Shown piece after piece: positions 1 to 5,035 of a DNA stretch of 15,726 nt. The translations under genes and the position numbers were made by a program. The notes beneath the pieces were generated by a model, which was not told the origin of the DNA, did not search any database, and worked only from the letters and a program-made list of their open reading frames with translations. Position 1 is the first letter of the stretch. Each line of letters starts with the position of its first letter. The stretch is taken from IMG/VR virus record IMGVR_UViG_3300045988_102084, positions 1-15,726 of that record; one strand, 5' to 3'. This DNA comes from a virus.

Positions 1-85
1 CAATATTTATATCGCTCCGCGATCCCCCGCCCGACCTAAACCAATAGTTCAAGCCTAGAATAGGCTGAGGTATCGGTTGAGGATA
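1..85. repeat. Left inverted terminal repeat (85 bp); genome terminus and presumed protein-primed replication origin
   Basis: Bases 1-85 are the exact reverse complement of 15642-15726, checked base by base. Identity breaks at 86 versus 15641. It contains a C-rich block (11-36) and an imperfect palindrome (39-78). Confidence 0.95.
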
Positions 86-102
86 AAAATTATAATTAGC
101 TA

Positions 103-131
103 TTGCATTATGTAATATATTGTGATAATAT
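103..131 (+). promoter_or_regulatory. Early sigma-A-type promoter (TTGCAT-17 nt-TAATAT with TGn extension)
   Basis: -35 TTGCAT at 103-108, a 17-nt spacer, and -10 TAATAT at 126-131 preceded by TG at 123-124. It lies 18 nt inside the ITR boundary and about 25 nt upstream of the first gene. Confidence 0.6.
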
Positions 132-156
132 AATAGTGTAAAGAGAGGTGAGAAAC

Positions 157-384
157 ATGGCAGTAAATAAAGATCTAGACTTAATGATAGAAATTATGAA
201 TGCTAAATTATCTGGAAGGTATGAACTGAATTATGATGGTATTTGTTTAAATTTGAAGAAAAAGTATAAAGAGTATTGTATTTATGTTTCTTCTGATGTA
301 CATGATGTATTTGAACGTTTACTTGCTATTGATTCATTTATTACTGGTTTGCATTATTTAAATAGAAAGGACAATGAATTATGA
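157..384 (+). CDS. Early hypothetical protein (75 aa), no recognisable family
   Basis: ORF track 148..384. ATG 157 is preferred because AGGTGA (146-151) sits 5 nt upstream. The stop overlaps the next start (ATGA at 381-384). Confidence 0.6.
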   Translation: MAVNKDLDLMIEIMNAKLSGRYELNYDGICLNLKKKYKEYCIYVSSDVHDVFERLLAIDSFITGLHYLNRKDNEL

Positions 385-662
385 AACACTTTACACATTA
401 TCAGATTGCAAAATTAACAAATGCACAGAGAAAAGCCGAGCTTTTCCAAATGACAGAAGATTGCATTTATATATCACAGAAAAATCACTGTGATATCAAT
501 GCACACGCACGTATTTATTTCGTTCGCGAAAGTTTGACAAATTATTATGATCATAACCCGGTGACGATTTATGATTTTCTACAGATGCAGACCAAACTGG
601 AAACATTGTTTGATCTTATGAGTTGTGGTCTAGTAAGGGAGCAGAAACATGAAGAAGAGTAA
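381..662 (+). CDS. Early hypothetical protein (93 aa), acidic C-terminus, no recognisable family
   Basis: ORF track 381..662. GAAAGGA lies 9 nt upstream of the ATG. ATGA overlap with the upstream gene and a 14-nt overlap with the downstream gene suggest translational coupling. Confidence 0.6.
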   Translation: MKHFTHYQIAKLTNAQRKAELFQMTEDCIYISQKNHCDINAHARIYFVRESLTNYYDHNPVTIYDFLQMQTKLETLFDLMSCGLVREQKHEEE

Positions 663-1077
663 ACCTACAATCAACCTTCGCAATTGCACCATGTTGTTTT
701 TGATCATCTATGCCATTTTGGTTAGTGTCTTGGCTGTTACACTTGGCATCCAGAACGATACGTTCCGGATCCAGTTAAAACATATGCAAGCGGATGTAAG
801 CTGGCTCAAATTTCAATTTGATTTACTTCAGTTTATAACAGACATGTGCATCTTTGTATTTGCCTATGCAATGGCTGTTATAATATATTCCATGAAAGAA
901 AACAGAAAGGAAGGTGAGAATATGAGAGAACCAAGACAAGTAGGCTATGTTGAACTCATCAACGGTAGACCGATTGCCTACACGAATGCAGAACGCATCG
1001 GGGACACGGTGATATTGACATTGCCAAGTGGAAGCACGATCACACTATTGGATGCAGAAATAGGAAGGTGGTTATAG
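649..1077 (+). CDS. Early membrane protein (142 aa) with two predicted transmembrane helices and a 51-aa soluble C-terminal domain
   Basis: ORF track 649..1077. AAGGGAG lies 7 nt upstream of the ATG. Hydrophobic stretches are CTMLFLIIYAILVSVLAVTLGI and ITDMCIFVFAYAMAVIIYSM. A strong in-frame internal SD plus ATG occurs at 922 (see findings). Confidence 0.65.
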   Translation: MKKSKPTINLRNCTMLFLIIYAILVSVLAVTLGIQNDTFRIQLKHMQADVSWLKFQFDLLQFITDMCIFVFAYAMAVIIYSMKENRKEGENMREPRQVGYVELINGRPIAYTNAERIGDTVILTLPSGSTITLLDAEIGRWL

Positions 1078-1078
1078 C

Positions 1079-1273
1079 ATGGATTTTATAGAAGTTTTAG
1101 AATCGCTAAAAACGATTAAAAAATACTGCCAGGAAACGCCGGATTGCAAACAATGTAGACTACATGCTCAAAATGATAATTCTACATGTGGAGTAAGTCC
1201 TACTGGTAGTCTCCCAGCCAGATGGGATTTTGATTTAGAATCGGAAACAATTGTACCAAGTATTTTCAAATAG
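1079..1273 (+). CDS. Small Cys-rich early protein (64 aa), possible zinc-binding (C-x5-C-x2-C-x10-C)
   Basis: ORF track 1079..1273. AAGGTGG lies 7 nt upstream of the ATG. The four cysteines fall in CQETPDCKQCRLHAQNDNSTC. Confidence 0.55.
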   Translation: MDFIEVLESLKTIKKYCQETPDCKQCRLHAQNDNSTCGVSPTGSLPARWDFDLESETIVPSIFK

Positions 1274-1290
1274 AAAGAAGAGGAAACAAG

Positions 1291-1641
1291 ATGAATAAAG
1301 TTATTTTAAGCGGAAGAATTGCAAATGATATCGAATTGATGAAAACAAAATCAGGAAAAAGCGTGATGCGCTTTGCTTTGGCGGTGTCAAAAGACAAGGA
1401 AAAAGCTATTTTTCCAACCATTATTTTGTGGGATAAACAAGCTGAATATGTCGGAAAATACGGGCAAAAAGGCATGCGTGCCATTGTTGAAGGGCATTAT
1501 GACATTCGCAACTCCGAAAGCAAAGGAAAAGTATATGTGAATCACGAGATCAATGCCGAACGAATCGAATTGATCTTTGACAAAAAAGAAGAGCCAAAAG
1601 AAGAAAAAATGTCATTGCAAAATGATGACTTGCCATTTTAA
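1291..1641 (+). CDS. ssb: Single-stranded DNA-binding protein, bacterial OB-fold type with an acidic C-terminal tip
   Basis: The N-terminus MNKVILSGRIANDIELMKTKSGKSVMRFALAV is typical of bacterial/phage SSB OB folds. The C-terminus ends in NDDLPF, resembling the canonical DDDIPF partner-binding tip. GAAGAGGA RBS lies 6 nt upstream. Confidence 0.8.
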   Translation: MNKVILSGRIANDIELMKTKSGKSVMRFALAVSKDKEKAIFPTIILWDKQAEYVGKYGQKGMRAIVEGHYDIRNSESKGKVYVNHEINAERIELIFDKKEEPKEEKMSLQNDDLPF

Positions 1642-1645
1642 AATT

Positions 1646-1671
1646 TAGGCAGAAACATTCTGCCTATTTTT
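1646..1671 (+). terminator. Intrinsic terminator or attenuator after ssb
   Basis: A 9-bp stem (TAGGCAGAA 1646-1654 with TTCTGCCTA 1658-1666), a 3-nt loop, then TTTTT at 1667-1671. No promoter is evident before the downstream terminal-protein gene. Confidence 0.6.
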
Positions 1672-1691
1672 AAAATCGGGAGGTGGTCCAT

Positions 1692-2474
1692 TTGGCTAAG
1701 AAAAAACCAAAATTCAGGAAAAGCTATGAAGATCGAAGAAAACTAGAAAACTATATCAAAAGTGCACGTAGAACCGCGACAATTGCCAGAAAACAAGGCC
1801 AGGAAGTCTATTTTACCGAAGTCAAAACATTATCGGATTTTTCTTCACGTGATGAATTTAATAAATATATCAACAGTATCAAGCGTTTCAACCGGGAAAA
1901 CCGTTATTATGTCAATCGACGAGGTGTAGCCTTTAAAGTGCAGGATATAAAAAAGGCCAATGAACTTATTAAGCAGGAAAACAAGATCCGAAGAAAACAG
2001 CGCAAGCAGATATCCAACTTAAAGCAGACCATAGGCGGGGAATATAACACCGTTAAATTAAACAAGGCGCTGCGCGTGGTAAAAGATGAACGTGAGCGTA
2101 TTTTTGAAGATTTAAGACCGGTGAACATTGAAAGCTACTCATCCGAACAGCAACTAAAAAAGCGCATTTCTAGCTTAAGAAGAAATGTAAGAAATCCGGA
2201 GCTAAAGAACAAGAGACTGCGTGATAATTATTTGAAGGCCTTGCGTAACCAGAGGAAACAGGGCGCTATGACTTCCAAACAATTTAGAGAGATGTCAAAA
2301 AGTATCAAAAGACTTTCTGTATCGGATTTTACAAAATGGTTTTATCAGGAAGAAAGCAGCGTGGATGCCTTCAATTTGTGTTATGTCAATTTCATGGAAA
2401 CCGAGATCAAACAATCCTTTCAAGAAGTAAATACAAGTCTTTCCAAATTTGTTAGAAGGACAGTTAAAAACTAG
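1692..2474 (+). CDS. Terminal protein (phi29 p3-like), the primer for DNA replication
   Basis: ORF track 1683..2474. TTG 1692 is preferred (GGGAGGTGG 5 nt upstream); GTG 1683 is the alternative. At about 260 aa it compares with about 266 aa for phi29 p3. The segment LSDFSSRDEFNKYINSIKRFNRENRYYVNRRGV resembles remembered phi29 p3 LDSFETRAQFNKWKEQASSFTNRANMRYQFEKNAYGV. The stop overlaps the polymerase start (TAGTG). Confidence 0.8.
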   Translation: MAKKKPKFRKSYEDRRKLENYIKSARRTATIARKQGQEVYFTEVKTLSDFSSRDEFNKYINSIKRFNRENRYYVNRRGVAFKVQDIKKANELIKQENKIRRKQRKQISNLKQTIGGEYNTVKLNKALRVVKDERERIFEDLRPVNIESYSSEQQLKKRISSLRRNVRNPELKNKRLRDNYLKALRNQRKQGAMTSKQFREMSKSIKRLSVSDFTKWFYQEESSVDAFNLCYVNFMETEIKQSFQEVNTSLSKFVRRTVKN

Positions 2475-4288
2475 TGAAAGTCTATTCATGTGATTTTGAA
2501 ACCACGACCGACCCTAACGATTGCCGAGTGTGGGCCTGGGGTGCCAGTGAAGTTGGAAAGATAGAACACAAGCTTTTTGGCAATTCAATTGAGACATTCA
2601 TGGAATGGATTGAGGGTAAAAACATAAAATGCTATTTTCACAATCTGGCATTTGACGGTGAGTTTATCATTAGTCATTTGTTGAAAAACGGCTGGAATTA
2701 TTCGAAACATCCAAAAGAAGGATGTTTTCACACGATCATTTCCAATCTGGGACAGTGGTATGCGATTGAAATATATTGGAAAGTCAGGAAAAAACACACG
2801 GTTAAAACGACCATCTGGGATAGTTTGAAGCTGATTCCTTTCAGCGTGCGACAGATCGCGCATGACTTCCATTTACCAATTCGAAAGTTACACCTAGACT
2901 ATGATGCAAACAGAGAACCCGGGCATCTTCTAACTCGGGAAGAAAAAGAATATCTATTTAATGATATTGACATTGTGGCCATGGCTTTGGAGCAGTTGTT
3001 TGATGAAGGCTTTAGCAAGATGACAGCGACAGGTGCCAGCTATAAAGCCTTTAAGGAAAGCCTTGGCGATTCTTTCAATAAACTATATCCGGGTCTAAGT
3101 TTGGAAAGCGATGCTGATATACGCCAGTCGTACAGTGGTGGCTTTGTTTGGGCCAATCCAAAGCACAAGGAAAAGCTGATTTTGAATGGGATGGTATTCG
3201 ATGTAAACAGCCTATATCCATCGCGTATGTATTTCGAATTATTGCCTTATGGATTGCCGACGATCTTTGAAGGCCAGCCAAACCCGGAGATCTTAAAAAC
3301 GCGCCCTTTATGGGTTGCCAATGTCAATTTTGCCTTTGACATCAAAGAAAATCATATACCTTGTATATCACTGGATAAGGTGACCATATACAATGGATCC
3401 AAAGAATACATTGATTCATCCCATGGGGAAGTTGTCAGCATGACACTGACCAGTGTGGACTGGGAACTCATACAACATCAATATGATGTGTATGATGTGT
3501 CTTTCAATGGTGGGTATTATTTTCGTGGCAATGTAGGCGTGGCACGACCCTTTATAGACGAGTGCATGGAAGTCAAGAAAAAAGAAAAAGGTGCCAAGCG
3601 TTTTATCGCAAAACGAAAAATGAACTCTGTGTATGGTAAGTTTGCAACGAATCCGGATGTGACACCAAAAATACCCTATCTTGATGAAGAAGGTGTGCTG
3701 CGGATGAAAGAGCCAAAAATCAAGGTGTGGAATCCGGAAACAGACGAAATCACAGAAGAAATTGATACGGAAATGCGCGATCCAATTTATTTGCCATATG
3801 CAACTTTTGTAACAGCCTACGCACGCAAGTATACGATATTAACCGCCCAGAAAGTAGGAATCGATCGCGTGGCCTATATTGACACTGATTCTATCCATCT
3901 GGTAGGAACGGATGTACCGGATGCGATCAAGGATGACATTGATGATAAAGAACTTGGCTATTGGGGACTGGAAAGCGTATTCAAACGTGCCTATTTTGTA
4001 GGCGCAAAAACCTATATCGAAGAAATTGAAATTTCTTACAATGAATATAATGACAGACAGCGTGCTTTTATCGAAGATCACGATAAGAAGGACAATCTTG
4101 TGTATCTGCTAGACGGTATCGCATACCGTTTGAATGTCAAGTGTGCAGGGATGACGGAAAGTGCCAAGCAGAACATTACATTTGAGACGTTCAAGGTTGG
4201 AACCAGCGTTCCGGGCTGTTTGAAAAAAAGTCATGTGCCGGGCGGTGTTGTATTATACGATGCACAATTCAAGATCAAGAGACGATAG
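2474..4288 (+). CDS. Protein-primed family-B DNA polymerase (phi29 p2-like)
   Basis: GTG start overlaps the terminal-protein stop. Motifs: ExoI YSCDFETTT, ExoII HNLAFDGEFI, ExoIII YLFNDIDIV, motif A DVNSLYPS, motif B KRKMNSVYGKF, motif C YIDTDSIH, and VKCAGM near the C-terminus. It aligns collinearly with the remembered phi29 polymerase. Confidence 0.95.
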   Translation: MKVYSCDFETTTDPNDCRVWAWGASEVGKIEHKLFGNSIETFMEWIEGKNIKCYFHNLAFDGEFIISHLLKNGWNYSKHPKEGCFHTIISNLGQWYAIEIYWKVRKKHTVKTTIWDSLKLIPFSVRQIAHDFHLPIRKLHLDYDANREPGHLLTREEKEYLFNDIDIVAMALEQLFDEGFSKMTATGASYKAFKESLGDSFNKLYPGLSLESDADIRQSYSGGFVWANPKHKEKLILNGMVFDVNSLYPSRMYFELLPYGLPTIFEGQPNPEILKTRPLWVANVNFAFDIKENHIPCISLDKVTIYNGSKEYIDSSHGEVVSMTLTSVDWELIQHQYDVYDVSFNGGYYFRGNVGVARPFIDECMEVKKKEKGAKRFIAKRKMNSVYGKFATNPDVTPKIPYLDEEGVLRMKEPKIKVWNPETDEITEEIDTEMRDPIYLPYATFVTAYARKYTILTAQKVGIDRVAYIDTDSIHLVGTDVPDAIKDDIDDKELGYWGLESVFKRAYFVGAKTYIEEIEISYNEYNDRQRAFIEDHDKKDNLVYLLDGIAYRLNVKCAGMTESAKQNITFETFKVGTSVPGCLKKSHVPGGVVLYDAQFKIKRR

Positions 4289-4303
4289 GAAAGAGGTGAC
4301 AGG

Positions 4304-4492
4304 ATGAAAAATAAAGCCTATGACTATATCAATCAATTTACCAGAGATCACTATAAGCGATATAATATCATCGTGCCAAAGGATGACACCGTTCTAATTG
4401 AAAAGCTGGAAGAATACAAGAAAAAGCATCAGCTTTCAAAATTTGTTCGTTTGTGCATCCGAAGGCAAATTGAAATTGACGAAATGAAATAA
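4304..4492 (+). CDS. Small ribbon-helix-helix (CopG/Arc-like) DNA-binding protein, putative transcription regulator
   Basis: AGGTGA-N4-ATG start. The pattern KRYNIIVPKDDTVLIEKLEEYKKKHQLSKFVRLCIRRQI fits a beta-strand, helix, helix layout (compare CopG KKRLTITLSESVLENLEKMAREMGLSKSAMISVAL). It is the last gene before the late region. Confidence 0.5.
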   Translation: MKNKAYDYINQFTRDHYKRYNIIVPKDDTVLIEKLEEYKKKHQLSKFVRLCIRRQIEIDEMK

Positions 4493-4504
4493 ACATAGTA
4501 TATT
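4476..4504 (+). promoter_or_regulatory. Near-consensus promoter (TTGACG-17 nt-TATATT) straddling the stop codon of the RHH gene
   Basis: -35 TTGACG at 4476-4481, an exact 17-nt spacer, and -10 TATATT at 4499-4504. The predicted transcription start is about 4510-4512. Confidence 0.55.
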
Positions 4505-4510
4505 TATCAC

Positions 4511-4690
4511 GAAGGGGAGCAATTTCAAAATGGTTGCTTGTTCCGGGGTGCATCATGGTGAAACATGCCGGGATAAAATTACACCTCATGCCGTGTCATT
4601 CATTTAATTGCATCCTTTTCAATCTCATCTTTCTTAGTTTTTTCTAAGATCAAAAGCAGAAAGGCGGAAAACGCCTTTTTGTTTTGCTTT
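4511..4690 (+). ncRNA. Candidate structured noncoding RNA (about 170-180 nt) bounded by promoter 4476-4504 and terminator 4652-4690; possible pRNA-like RNA or terminated leader
   Basis: No long + strand ORF; only a 25-codon micro-ORF at 4530-4607.
Helices visible by eye:
- GAAGGGGA 4511-4518 with TCCTTTTC 4613-4620
- GAGCAA 4517-4522 with TTGCTT 4534-4539
- TCCGG 4542-4546 with CCGGG 4568-4572
- GCAT..GGTG 4550-4560 with CACC..ATGC 4582-4591
- TCTTAG 4632-4637 with CTAAGA 4644-4649. Confidence 0.35.
4652..4690 (+). terminator. Intrinsic terminator closing the early region and noncoding unit
   Basis: GGCG 4663-4666 pairs with CGCC 4672-4675 around a GAAAA loop. The stem is extended by A/U pairs (AAAGCAGAAA with TTTTTGTTTTGCTTT), followed by T-runs at 4676-4690. 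Confidence 0.65.
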
Positions 4691-4710
4691 TATGGAAAAT
4701 GTGATATATT
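4684..4710 (+). promoter_or_regulatory. Putative late promoter for the scaffold/capsid genes: extended -10 (TGaTATATT) with a poor or mis-spaced -35
   Basis: TG at 4702-4703 and TATATT at 4705-4710. The only -35-like hexamer, TTGCTT 4684-4689, is 15 nt away and lies in the descending arm of the terminator. The scaffold RBS starts about 13 nt downstream of the -10. Confidence 0.45.
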
Positions 4711-4734
4711 ATTAAATTAAAGAGGTGATACTGA

Positions 4735-5013
4735 ATGACACAAGACGAGATGAACACTCTGATAGGCCAGGTCCTGGAACAGGACGACCGCGCCGAGCGC
4801 TCAACATTACTGGATACGTTACGCGGTGAAGTTGGATTATTGTTTGAAAGCAACGAAACATTGACAACAGAAAACACCGACATAAAAGCCAAGAATGAGC
4901 GACTGGTAGAAGCCAATTCCAGCTTATTCATGAAGGTTGGTTTTGATGCGGAAAAGGCAAAAGAAAAAGAGAAAAAGAACACGAGTGATTTTAACATCAA
5001 GAAAATGTTTTAA
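4735..5013 (+). CDS. Scaffolding protein (phi29 gp7-like)
   Basis: 92 aa, with AGGTGA-N6-ATG. ERSTLLDTLRGEVGLLFESNETLTTENTDIKAKNERLVEANSSLFMKVGF parallels remembered phi29 gp7 [50 protein letters not shown]. It sits immediately upstream of the capsid gene. Confidence 0.8.
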   Translation: MTQDEMNTLIGQVLEQDDRAERSTLLDTLRGEVGLLFESNETLTTENTDIKAKNERLVEANSSLFMKVGFDAEKAKEKEKKNTSDFNIKKMF

Positions 5014-5035
5014 AAAAGAATGGAGATGAAAGAAA

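Noticed and set aside
4530-4607. 25-codon micro-ORF (MVACSGVHHGETCRDKITPHAVSFI) with AAGGGGAG 10 nt upstream, inside the first noncoding cassette.
   Set aside because: It is not called as a gene. It is too short to support from sequence alone, and its putative RBS is also one arm of a predicted RNA helix. It remains the main alternative explanation for the 4511-4690 unit.
4368-5000. Minus-strand ORFs 4368..4589 and 4650..5000 that could fill the RHH-scaffold intergenic gap.
   Set aside because: Both mostly overlap + strand genes (the RHH and scaffold genes). They lack RBSs and would run against the promoter and terminator signals, which are all oriented for + strand transcription.
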